A stretch of 64,000 nt of DNA from Candidatus Thermosaccharophagus gerlachensis. GTDB lineage: Bacteria; Armatimonadota; Fervidibacteria; Fervidibacterales; Thermosaccharophagaceae. The stretch spans positions 2,944 to 66,943 of the forward strand of contig JBGOEV010000008.1 in the NCBI GenBank assembly GCA_041538025.1. Direction: 5' to 3'. The position numbers were made by a program, and so were the translations under genes. Shown here piece after piece: positions 55,561 through 64,000 of the stretch (position 1 is the stretch's first letter; each line of letters begins with the position of its first letter). The notes beneath the pieces are model-generated. The model worked only from the letters and a program-made list of their open reading frames with translations, was not told the DNA's origin and did no database searches.

Positions 55561-57840
55561 ATGTTTATCGTGGTTCGTAGTGGCATAGGTGAGAGGGTAA
55601 AACGCATTGATGCGCTCGCTATGGTTACAGGACAGGCAAAGTATGGCGCTGATGTGCATCTCCCTGGTATGCTTCACGGGAAGATACTCCGTAGCCCATT
55701 CGCACATGCACGCATATTGCGCATTGATATATCCAAAGCGCTACAAGTGGAAGGCGTTAGAGCTGTTGTTACAGCAAAGGATACTCCAAACAATGGCTTG
55801 TTTGCGAGTGACTATATCCGCTTCCATGGTCAAAAGATAGCAGCAGTAGCAGCTGATAGTGTTTATGCAGCAAACAAAGCTGTGGAGGCGATTGAGGTTG
55901 AGTATGAGCTTCTGCCAGCTGTTACAGATGTTCGTGAGGCTATAAAGCCAGATGCACCTTGCGCTTTCCTTGGAGGCGAGTTCAAGGATGTTTGTGACAT
56001 TGACGGCAAGCCATTGAGAAACATCTCGCAATACCGAGAGTTTATAAGTGGCGATGTGGATGAAATGATGCGTCTATCAGATGTTGTTGTTGAGGGTGAA
56101 TTTTATGTCCCATCGGTGCACCAGTGTTACCTTGAGCCAAATGCATCTGTCGCATGCCCAATAGATGGAGGTAAGCGCATTGTCATATGGACAAGCACTC
56201 AAGGTCACTTCCAAGTCCGTTCTCTTACTGCTCGTATGCTGGGCATACCGCTCCACAGAATAAAAGTCATTCCAACTTTCATTGGTGGTGGTTTTGGTGG
56301 TAGAAACACGCAAGTTTATACTGAGCCAGTTGCAGCACTCCTCGCTTTGAAGACAGGAAAGCCAGTTCAAGTTGTTGATGATTACAGTGAAGTCCTTCTT
56401 GATTCTCATCCAGCACCAGCATGCTATGCGAGAGCTCGTTTGGGTGCAAAGCGTGACGGGACTTTGATGGCTCTTGATGCACAGGTTTTCTGGGATGGCG
56501 GTGTGAGTGGTTATATGGGCGCATCCATAAGGTTGCGCGGTCTATACCGATTAAAGAGCTACCGAATACGCTCATACGGAGTGTTCACAAACAGACCGGC
56601 ACCGGGGGCATACAGAGCACCAGATGCACCACAAATGGCTTTCGTGCGTGAATCGCTTATGGACATGCTCGCACAAGAACTCAGTGTTGACCCATGGGAG
56701 TTGCGTATGAAGAACGCTGTGCAAGAAGGAGATGTATCAATTGATGGCGTGCCTCTTCCCAAAATCGGATTCAAGGAAACTTTGCAAGCACTCGTAGATT
56801 ACGCTTCAAAGAAAAGCGAACTTTCAACGGCTGCAATATTAACTGCTTCGCCAACAGCCAAGCTCAATGGTGTAAAGCCGAAGGAGGAAGTGCTGAAGAA
56901 ACTTGGTTATGGCAACTGGCGTGTCGGTAGGGGGTTGGCGTGCGGTGAATGGGTAAACTATTCTGGTTACTCAAGCGCAACAATTATGCTAAACGAGAAT
57001 GGCACATTACAAGTCATCACTGGCTCCTGCGATGTCACTGGGACTAACACGCTGTTTGCTCAAATCGTGTCGCAAGAGCTCAATGTGCCAATTGAGAAAG
57101 TGACAGTGACAGTTGGTGATACAGATTCTGTTCCATGGCATCACCAAACCGGTGGTAGCCGTGTAGCATACACAACTGGCATGGCAGTGCTAAAAGCAGC
57201 TGAACAACTTCGTGAGAAGATGCTACAGATCGGTGCGAAGATACTCGGTGTTGAGCCATCTCAGGTTGAGTTAGGTGAGGAATGCATCCAGCTAAAGGGG
57301 AACCAGAATCAGAGGGTTAGCTACATTGAGCTTGGGAGGGCTTGCATAGCGGAATATGGACCACTGTATGGTTCATACAGTGTTGCATGGCTTCCAACAC
57401 GCCCTGCATATGCGGTTGCCCTCGCTGAAGTGGCAGTTGATCTTGATACTGGAAGGGTTAAAGTGCTTCGCTACATAGCTGCACAGGATGTTGGGAAAGC
57501 GCTCAACCCACTCGCAATTGAAGGACAAATAGAAGGTGCTGTGGTTCAAGGTGTTGGTTGGGCAACAATGGAAGGCTACAAATACACACCAGACGGCAGG
57601 ATCGCAAACCAAACACTTGCAGATTACCTCCTGCCAACAAGTGTAGATGCGCCTCATGTAGAGCCAGTGATAGTTGAGGTGCCAAACCCAGATGGACCTT
57701 ATGGTGCAAAAGGTGTTGGTGAACCATCAATCATTCCAACACTTGCAGCAATCGCAAACGCTGTTGCAGATGCCATCGGGAAACGAATAACTACTCTCCC
57801 ACTCACACCAGAGAGAGTCCTCTCGGTCATCTTACAGTGA
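55561..57840 (+). CDS. xanthine dehydrogenase/aldehyde oxidase family molybdopterin-binding large subunit
   Basis: Motifs: RIDALAMVTGQAKYGADV, FIGGGFGGRN, APGAYRAPDAPQ, and GAKGVGEPS. The track ORF start (55291) overlaps the divergent gene, so I trimmed it to ATG 55561 (alternative 55537). Confidence 0.85.
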   Translation: MFIVVRSGIGERVKRIDALAMVTGQAKYGADVHLPGMLHGKILRSPFAHARILRIDISKALQVEGVRAVVTAKDTPNNGLFASDYIRFHGQKIAAVAADSVYAANKAVEAIEVEYELLPAVTDVREAIKPDAPCAFLGGEFKDVCDIDGKPLRNISQYREFISGDVDEMMRLSDVVVEGEFYVPSVHQCYLEPNASVACPIDGGKRIVIWTSTQGHFQVRSLTARMLGIPLHRIKVIPTFIGGGFGGRNTQVYTEPVAALLALKTGKPVQVVDDYSEVLLDSHPAPACYARARLGAKRDGTLMALDAQVFWDGGVSGYMGASIRLRGLYRLKSYRIRSYGVFTNRPAPGAYRAPDAPQMAFVRESLMDMLAQELSVDPWELRMKNAVQEGDVSIDGVPLPKIGFKETLQALVDYASKKSELSTAAILTASPTAKLNGVKPKEEVLKKLGYGNWRVGRGLACGEWVNYSGYSSATIMLNENGTLQVITGSCDVTGTNTLFAQIVSQELNVPIEKVTVTVGDTDSVPWHHQTGGSRVAYTTGMAVLKAAEQLREKMLQIGAKILGVEPSQVELGEECIQLKGNQNQRVSYIELGRACIAEYGPLYGSYSVAWLPTRPAYAVALAEVAVDLDTGRVKVLRYIAAQDVGKALNPLAIEGQIEGAVVQGVGWATMEGYKYTPDGRIANQTLADYLLPTSVDAPHVEPVIVEVPNPDGPYGAKGVGEPSIIPTLAAIANAVADAIGKRITTLPLTPERVLSVILQ

Positions 57841-57861
57841 GCTTTTTCAAATCTTGTTTGC

Positions 57862-58698
57862 TCACACGAACTGGCGAAGGTATTTCAACCCTTTTATCAA
57901 TCCTTCCTCTCTTGGCAGTGACGCATCTTCGTGCTCAATGCTCAAGACACCATCATAGCCATTACTGCGTAGGATGCCAATCAATTGTCCCCAATCAATC
58001 ACACCAAAACCTGGTATGACATAACGCCACCAACCGTGCTCTTGATTCCCGATGTATCTTCGCCTGTGCCAGAGTATCATCGTGTCCTTTGCATGGACAT
58101 GAAATATGCGGTCAGCAAACTTCTCAGCTGCATACAAGTAGTCAATGTCCTGCCAGACAAGATGTGATGGATCAAAGTTTAAGCCGATGTTGTCGTAATT
58201 GACAACCTCAAAGAAGCGATCCCAATGCAAAAGTGTTTGCAGGTTTGTCGCATACCAGTTTTCAAGCGCTATCTTTATACCCTTTTCAGCGGCGTGCTCA
58301 CAGAGTCTTCTAAACGCTTTTGGAGCATCTTCCTCAATTGTCTGCAGCTTCGTTTTGTTTGGCATTGGCATGCCAGCAAGGGTGCACACAACTTCAACAC
58401 CAAGTATGGCTGCAGCATCTATCATCTTGTGCAAAGAGGACAAGAAACGCCTCCTCTCAGTTTGGTCTGGCGCAAGCGTATTTCCATACATTGCCAGAGC
58501 CGAAATAGTTAACCCAGCTGACTCAATGAGCTGTTTTATCTTTCCACCACCTGTGCGTAGCACCTGCTGTGCATCAATATGTCCTGAACCAACCCCACAT
58601 AAAACCTCAAGCGCTTTGAAACCTGCTTTGCTCGCGAATTCAACGACACGCTCAAATGGCTCGTTGCGAAATGGAGCAGTGTAAAAGCCGATCAACAT
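57862..58698 (-). CDS. sugar phosphate isomerase/epimerase (xylose-isomerase-like TIM barrel)
   Basis: Motifs: AGFKALEV, IALENW, HVHAKD, and LSIEHED. GGAGGTGGA SD. Confidence 0.8.
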   Translation of the reverse strand: MLIGFYTAPFRNEPFERVVEFASKAGFKALEVLCGVGSGHIDAQQVLRTGGGKIKQLIESAGLTISALAMYGNTLAPDQTERRRFLSSLHKMIDAAAILGVEVVCTLAGMPMPNKTKLQTIEEDAPKAFRRLCEHAAEKGIKIALENWYATNLQTLLHWDRFFEVVNYDNIGLNFDPSHLVWQDIDYLYAAEKFADRIFHVHAKDTMILWHRRRYIGNQEHGWWRYVIPGFGVIDWGQLIGILRSNGYDGVLSIEHEDASLPREEGLIKGLKYLRQFV

Positions 58699-58809
58699 TT
58701 TTCATCCACCTCCAGTTGCTGTTTCTGTGCTACTGTAGTTGACAGCGTTATAGCGATTCAAAATCGTCTTTAGCGACATACACATTGTAACCAATTTGCC
58801 AAGCGCTGC

Positions 58810-59988
58810 TCACCAAGGCTTGCATATTTCATCAATTGCCTCAAGAACCTCTTCGAGCGTGATTGCGCTCATGCATTTGTAATCGTTACACCTGTAATCA
58901 TGCCCTAAGCGTAAGCACGGAACACAGGGGAGCTTACTTTGCACTATACGATGTGCTTCACCTATTGGACGCCATTGCACTGGGTTAGTTGGTCCGTGCA
59001 ATGCAACCGTTGGTCTACCAAGCGCTGCTGCAAGGTGCATGATGCCGGTGTTTGGACAAAGGACGAAATTTGCCATGCTCACCAACGCGACAAGTTGCGC
59101 AAAAGATGTTCTACCAACAAAGAACGCAACACTACTTGATTCAGCGATTCTGAAGACACGTTTAGCAATTTCAACATCATCGCCTCCACCCGTCAGGACA
59201 ATGAAAACGCCTCTGTCACATAGGATGCGCACTACTTGCGCATATCGTTCTACAACCCATGTCCTCGGTTCACCACCAGAACCGCAACCTGGGTGGACAA
59301 TCGCCAGCGGTTGTGAATCGCCTTTCCATCCGTAAGCTAACAACATACGGCGCATAGCTTCAACTTCGTCTTGCCTTGGACTAATGCAACCAACGAAGCC
59401 TTTCAAACTTTCCATGACTATGTCCTCACCGAGGAAGAGTGAAGCAAGTTGCGCAAAAGATACGAGTGTGTGTTGTGTAAAACTGTAGGTGACCGAATGA
59501 GTATACAGCGAGTTTCGGAACTGTGCTGCTGTAGAGAAGCCATAGCGCATCGGAGCTCCGCAAAGGTAAGAAATGAGGCTGCTGAAACGCATCCACTGCT
59601 CAAAATCAATAACCACACGAAAGCGCTCACGGCGTAGATTCAGGATCGTTTTTACAAGTTCAAGTGGGCGGGAAAAGCTCGTAGCAAAATCAATGTAATA
59701 AATCGCTCCGTTAGAAAGCTGGAGGTAGCTCACGACTTCCTTCATTGCCCTTGAAGTGAGGAAGTAAATGCGCAGGTTGCTACGCCGCTTAATTCCATCA
59801 ACTACGGGTTTCATGAGGATGATGTCTCCCATCCCAGCAAACTTTATGAGAAGTAGCTTATCGGAGACATCTTCAAAAGTTACCCAATGCTTCACAGGCT
59901 TAAGGACGCACAGGAGCAATATCCCGACGTAGCGGTCAATTTGGCGAGCTACAGCGCTTTTGCGCATTCTTAGTTTATGTGCCCCCAC
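58810..59988 (-). CDS. glycosyltransferase family 9 (heptosyltransferase-like)
   Basis: Motifs: LLIKFAGMGDIILMKPVV and CPNTGIMHLAAALGRPTVALHGPTNP. The start is uncertain (GTG 59988 or ATG 59967). Confidence 0.8.
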   Translation of the reverse strand: MGAHKLRMRKSAVARQIDRYVGILLLCVLKPVKHWVTFEDVSDKLLLIKFAGMGDIILMKPVVDGIKRRSNLRIYFLTSRAMKEVVSYLQLSNGAIYYIDFATSFSRPLELVKTILNLRRERFRVVIDFEQWMRFSSLISYLCGAPMRYGFSTAAQFRNSLYTHSVTYSFTQHTLVSFAQLASLFLGEDIVMESLKGFVGCISPRQDEVEAMRRMLLAYGWKGDSQPLAIVHPGCGSGGEPRTWVVERYAQVVRILCDRGVFIVLTGGGDDVEIAKRVFRIAESSSVAFFVGRTSFAQLVALVSMANFVLCPNTGIMHLAAALGRPTVALHGPTNPVQWRPIGEAHRIVQSKLPCVPCLRLGHDYRCNDYKCMSAITLEEVLEAIDEICKPW

Positions 59989-60021
59989 ATCGCAAAGCTA
60001 ACTCAAGTGCTTTAGAGACGA

Positions 60022-61422
60022 TCAATATGCTTGCTTGTGAAAGAAGACCTCAAATGCTGTCTTGATGAGTATCTTGAGGTCAAGTAACAACGACCAGTTC
60101 TCAACATAGTAAAGGTCGTATTTTGTTCGCTCCTCTATTGAGCAGTTACCGCGAAGCCCGTTGACTTGAGCCCACCCTGTTATGCCTGATTTCACTCTAT
60201 GGCGTTCCATATACCTTGGGATGTGCTCTGCGAACTGCTCAACGAAGTATGGGCGTTCTGGTCTTGGTCCGACAAGCGACATATCCCCTTTGAGGACATT
60301 GAAAAGTTGAGGTAGCTCATCTAAGCTTAATCGCCTTAGCACCCTCCCAACAGGTGTGCAACGAGGGTCATTCGGCTTAGCCCAAACTGGACCTGTTTCA
60401 TCTTCAGCCCCTTCATACATCGTGCGGAACTTAAGCATAACAAAAACTTTGCCATCTTGCCCAACTCTCTCCTGACGATAGAGGACAGGACCTTTTGATG
60501 TGAGCTTTATGAGCAAAGCAATTATGAGCATGGGGAGCGAAAAGAGGACGAGGAGAAAAAGGGAAAGGAAGATATCCATGATGCGCTTCACGAATGCCCC
60601 CCATGTGCGCAGTGGTAGCCTTGCTACAATCACCGACGGCATGCCCGCTAATTCCTCAAACTGACCGCGCCTTTTTATCACATCAACGAGACTAAGCATC
60701 AACCGAACATTTATCCTTTTCCCGTCAGCCCAATTGAGGAGTTGGAGAAGCACATCTTCGTTGAGCGAACCAGCTTGCACAATGACTTCATCAAACTCAC
60801 CCATGCTTGAAAGATGCTTTATCAATTCATCAGCACTAACAAAGCCATCTCCCTTTGATTGCTCACCGAGTTCAAGCGTCCCGACCACTTTGCAGTTTTT
60901 TTCCAGCTCGCAAATTTGCTTTGCGAACTGGTTTGCGTCAGAACCAATAACAACAACTCTAACAAGCCCAATCCCTGCACGGTTAAGCATGCGTTCTACA
61001 GCCCTCATGCAAACCCTACCAAAACTGATTAAGAGGGTCGTGAACGCCTCAGCCATGATGAAAACGAGCCGTGATAACCATTGGTAACGCAGCAGTGTTG
61101 CGAGCGTCCCAACGATGGCACTCGCAAGGAGACCGCATATCAAGACACTGTAAAATTCATCAACTGCATAACGATCGCGATGCCTCTTGTAAAGACCAAC
61201 CATATTCAAGCAAATCAACCACGCTATGACATGAAGCATGATAAAGCCAGCATGGATGCCGATCGGTGGTATGCCAAGATGTGGTGGAAACCATTTAGAC
61301 ACCGCCCAAAAGAAGCGCATGTGGTAAGCGAGCACGAAACCGATCAAAGCCATTAACGCATCTTGCAGGAGCAAGATGAATGGCATAAGCGAGTAGAATC
61401 GTAGCCTCCGCAAGAAATGCAT
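60022..61422 (-). CDS. polyprenyl-phosphate hexose-1-phosphate transferase (WbaP/EpsB-type initiating sugar transferase)
   Basis: Four N-terminal helices and a central Rossmann-like segment. The C-terminal bacterial sugar transferase domain has KRIMDIFLSLFLLV, LKFRTM, and DELPQLFNVLKGDMSLVGPRP. Confidence 0.9.
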   Translation of the reverse strand: MHFLRRLRFYSLMPFILLLQDALMALIGFVLAYHMRFFWAVSKWFPPHLGIPPIGIHAGFIMLHVIAWLICLNMVGLYKRHRDRYAVDEFYSVLICGLLASAIVGTLATLLRYQWLSRLVFIMAEAFTTLLISFGRVCMRAVERMLNRAGIGLVRVVVIGSDANQFAKQICELEKNCKVVGTLELGEQSKGDGFVSADELIKHLSSMGEFDEVIVQAGSLNEDVLLQLLNWADGKRINVRLMLSLVDVIKRRGQFEELAGMPSVIVARLPLRTWGAFVKRIMDIFLSLFLLVLFSLPMLIIALLIKLTSKGPVLYRQERVGQDGKVFVMLKFRTMYEGAEDETGPVWAKPNDPRCTPVGRVLRRLSLDELPQLFNVLKGDMSLVGPRPERPYFVEQFAEHIPRYMERHRVKSGITGWAQVNGLRGNCSIEERTKYDLYYVENWSLLLDLKILIKTAFEVFFHKQAY

Positions 61423-61455
61423 ATACTGTCACCTCACAAAACTATTTACCGCTAT

Positions 61456-62289
61456 TCAAACCTTGATTGCAAACACTTCTATGCTATTGCCTATTTGCCA
61501 CTTGAACACCGCGCTTACCAGCAGAGCCACAGCCCAATAGGCAATACGAAGCGCATCAAAGAACCGTCTACCATAGATGTTCGGGACGCCCGGTCTCACT
61601 TCAAGTATCTTGAAGCCCATTTCAGTTAAGCCTTCGGTGAGCGAGCGAACTGTGAAATGATTGATGTGATTATGCGAATCAAGCCCTATGAAGTGTTTTC
61701 TCTTTGTTGCCCTCAGGAGGAGAGTTTTAATCCAGTGGAATTTGAAATTTGGGACGCGCAAGACGAGCAACCCACCATGTCGCAATATTCGTCTCACTTC
61801 CCTCAAAGTCTTCGCTGGTTCAGCGATGTGTTCAAGCACATCAATTAGCGTGACCACATCAAAGCTTTCATCATTGAATTTGGCTTCCTCAAGTGTTCCG
61901 ATGTGGACACTTAACCCCATGCGAGTGCGCGCGTATCTTGCTGCAGGTTCACTTATCTCAACACCGACAACTTTATATCCAGCTTGTCTTGCCATGCTCG
62001 CGAAGTGACCGAAGGAGCATCCAACATCAACAAGTTCACCTTGCGCCCTATAATGCATTATGCGTGAGAGCAAACGCCTATGTAGCCATGGGCGAGCCGA
62101 AGAAAGCACTACCTCCCAGTGACGCTCATCGGAGAACTGTTCTGTGTAGTATCTTCGGATAGCTTCAAGTGTCGGTATCACGAGCGCATAGGCTATCCCA
62201 CAGTTCACACATGCAACAACGGGAACACCCTCATCAATGATGAGGAAGCGTTTCTCTTTAAATCCACACCAAGGACAGGATGTCCTCAT
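61456..62289 (-). CDS. class I SAM-dependent methyltransferase with N-terminal Cys4 zinc ribbon
   Basis: Motifs: CPWCG...CVNCG, motif I LVDVGCSFG, and FDVVTLIDVLEHI. ATG 62289 shares one base with the upstream TGA (TGATG). Confidence 0.8.
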   Translation of the reverse strand: MRTSCPWCGFKEKRFLIIDEGVPVVACVNCGIAYALVIPTLEAIRRYYTEQFSDERHWEVVLSSARPWLHRRLLSRIMHYRAQGELVDVGCSFGHFASMARQAGYKVVGVEISEPAARYARTRMGLSVHIGTLEEAKFNDESFDVVTLIDVLEHIAEPAKTLREVRRILRHGGLLVLRVPNFKFHWIKTLLLRATKRKHFIGLDSHNHINHFTVRSLTEGLTEMGFKILEVRPGVPNIYGRRFFDALRIAYWAVALLVSAVFKWQIGNSIEVFAIKV

Positions 62290-63962
62290 CACTTTACCTT
62301 CACAAGCTTGTAAACCGACATCTCCCCTTTCCGAACCTTTATCAACATCCACTTTGAAAGCTCCTCCTTCCCTGAGCGTTTTAGGAGTAGCAGTTCAATG
62401 AGCTCATCCCAGTCCGCAATGTAACTTATGCCTTCGGAGACGATGTAATTTAGCATCCTCTTTTCAAGCATTGCTGAGAGTGCTTTGCCGTTAACGACTC
62501 CGTCAAGGTTTATCACAGTGCGCTCAGAGAGGTAACTTGAAGTGCCAGATTGAAACATACCTATGCGCGCATCTTTTGGGGTGTGTTTCTTGAGCCAAAG
62601 CGCTACATTCAAATACTCCTCAAATCCACAAAACGACTCGGAGCGCAAGTAAGCACAACCAATGCAAAGCTGCATGAGTTGGCTCACTACGATTATTCCA
62701 ATTGCTGTTTGCGCCACACACCTGCACTGCTTGAAACGCTCTAACAGACACCTGTATAATGCCTCGGCACAAAAAGCACCGACAAGGACACCAACAGGGA
62801 TTACGGGGAAGAAGTATCGTGGGAAGAACCACCAACCAAATTGATAAAGCGAGTAAGCTAAGAACAACGAAACGATGTGAAAGAGCCAGAACCAAAGCTT
62901 GCGCATCTCTTTAAGCATCGGCATGAGGTGCTCAAAATATCCAAAGCGATAAAGCAATACGATGAGCAAGATGGACATAACCAAAAGCGAAGCTAAGAAA
63001 CCATGCGCACTTACTGCACCAACAAGTTCAACAAGTTTTGAGGACAGATACCTCCACTGCTTAACTCTTAAGAGCGTTGAAAGTGCTTGTGAAAACGAAT
63101 AGCTTATCACACGCCAACTTATACCTTCGTCGAGGGCACCAATATACGCCATTGAAAGGAATCTGATAGCCATGCCACTCTCTGGGATAACCTTCCCTGT
63201 CGTTGCAATGCCGTAAATTAGCCACGGCAAAAGTGTGAGCACGACAATAGCAGAAATGAAAACGCCTGAGACAATACGAGAGACTAATTTTTGTGATGCA
63301 TTGCGCACTCGTGCACCAGTTCCATTTGAGCTCAAGGTGTGAGCTACTATAGCTGCCAGCACAAATGGTAAACCATCAACCCTGCTCAAAATGGTCAGAC
63401 CAAGCACGAACCCGAAAAGGATTTGCATACCGATTTTTCCAAACTTACTTTCACACAGCGTTCCATGATTTTGTGTTGAGCTAACGAGAAGAAGTGCAGC
63501 CAAAGTGAGCATGAAGACATAAAGCCCTGTCTCCATGCCGTTCATGGACTGCTTTAATACCGTCGGTGACGTCATCCAAAAGAAGGTTGCAAGGAGACCA
63601 ACACGTTCACTCCAAACCTTCCTTGCGAGAAGGAAAAGCAAGAGCCCGTTGAGCGTGCTGATCAATGCGAGCAAAGTCATCGCTATGTTTATTGCGGTTT
63701 CCTTCGGTGCACCAAGAGCATAGATTGGCACGAGGATGAAAGCCCAAAGTGGTTGGAAGCCGTTGGTCATATGAATGCCATCTGTGGTTGGACCTTTACC
63801 AGTGGCAATGTTATAAGAGATGCTCGCATAATAACAGGCATCATCACCGAAAGCACCAGTGCTTATCAACCTCTCCCACGGTTGCCATGCTATTGCAAGC
63901 CTTATTGAGAGACCGAAGATGAGCATTAAAACTAACAACCTTATCAGGCTACTCACCCTCAC
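62289..63962 (-). CDS. GT-C-like polytopic membrane protein, paralog of 30367..31863
   Basis: Motifs: FGDDACYYASISYNIATGKG ... TNGFQPLW, about 13 hydrophobic helices, and the C-terminal tail ERTVINLDGVVN. The GTG start overlaps the upstream stop (GTGA). Confidence 0.55.
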   Translation of the reverse strand: MRVSSLIRLLVLMLIFGLSIRLAIAWQPWERLISTGAFGDDACYYASISYNIATGKGPTTDGIHMTNGFQPLWAFILVPIYALGAPKETAINIAMTLLALISTLNGLLLFLLARKVWSERVGLLATFFWMTSPTVLKQSMNGMETGLYVFMLTLAALLLVSSTQNHGTLCESKFGKIGMQILFGFVLGLTILSRVDGLPFVLAAIVAHTLSSNGTGARVRNASQKLVSRIVSGVFISAIVVLTLLPWLIYGIATTGKVIPESGMAIRFLSMAYIGALDEGISWRVISYSFSQALSTLLRVKQWRYLSSKLVELVGAVSAHGFLASLLVMSILLIVLLYRFGYFEHLMPMLKEMRKLWFWLFHIVSLFLAYSLYQFGWWFFPRYFFPVIPVGVLVGAFCAEALYRCLLERFKQCRCVAQTAIGIIVVSQLMQLCIGCAYLRSESFCGFEEYLNVALWLKKHTPKDARIGMFQSGTSSYLSERTVINLDGVVNGKALSAMLEKRMLNYIVSEGISYIADWDELIELLLLKRSGKEELSKWMLIKVRKGEMSVYKLVKVK

Positions 63963-64000
63963 CGCTTCTGCCCTTTCAAAACAACCTCAGTTGCCCATCG
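63959..64000 (-). CDS. 3' end of an upstream operon gene (only 13 codons visible)
   Basis: The open frame ...RWATEVVLKGQKR-TGA runs in from the right edge. The stop overlaps the next start codon. The product is unknown. Confidence 0.25.
   Translation of the reverse strand, partial: RWATEVVLKGQKR

Overview
This 64-kb window looks like ordinary chromosome from a diderm bacterium. The lineage is not determinable from sequence alone. The gene content, with many TAT-exported Gfo/Idh/MocA oxidoreductases plus DUF1080-like and DUF4838-like proteins, resembles Planctomycetota or Armatimonadota. The Glu/Lys/Arg/Ile-rich proteins suggest a thermophile.

I call about 55 protein genes, three tRNAs (Val-GAC, Ser-GGA, Ser-CGA) and one tmRNA. 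I see no rRNA, CRISPR array, IS element, integrase or prophage.

Housekeeping blocks:
- glyQ
- dapB
- ffh-rpsP-KH-rimM
- tRNA-Val-thrS-infC-rpmI-rplT-trmH-pheS-argD
- ahcY
- mutS2
- ssrA

Accessory content:
- five Gfo/Idh/MocA oxidoreductases, two of them with a twin-arginine signal
- two xylose-isomerase-like TIM-barrel genes
- two cell-surface glycan loci (27.2-34.3 kb and 57.9-64 kb), each built around a paralogous GT-C-like membrane protein
- a KS / catalytically dead KS pair
- a large alpha-2-macroglobulin gene

Main points for follow-up:
1. The alpha-2-macroglobulin reading frame is interrupted by a single in-frame TGA that falls exactly on the thioester cysteine codon (YPYG-TGA-IEQ). 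A small GU-loop hairpin sits at SECIS-like distance downstream.
2. There is a KS-alpha/KS-beta (CLF-like) pair with no ACP or tailoring genes nearby.
3. A degenerate TagO/WecA-like membrane domain is fused to a TagA-type GT26.
4. Four items are missing from or mis-started in the supplied ORF track:
   - a 53-aa Flp pilin gene
   - a 2.3-kb edge-truncated gene at the left end
   - a non-AUG (AUC) infC start with an overlapping decoy uORF
   - the tmRNA, which is covered by spurious ORFs

Everything here comes from reading the sequence and translations by eye. No searches were run, so all family assignments are motif-level recognition.
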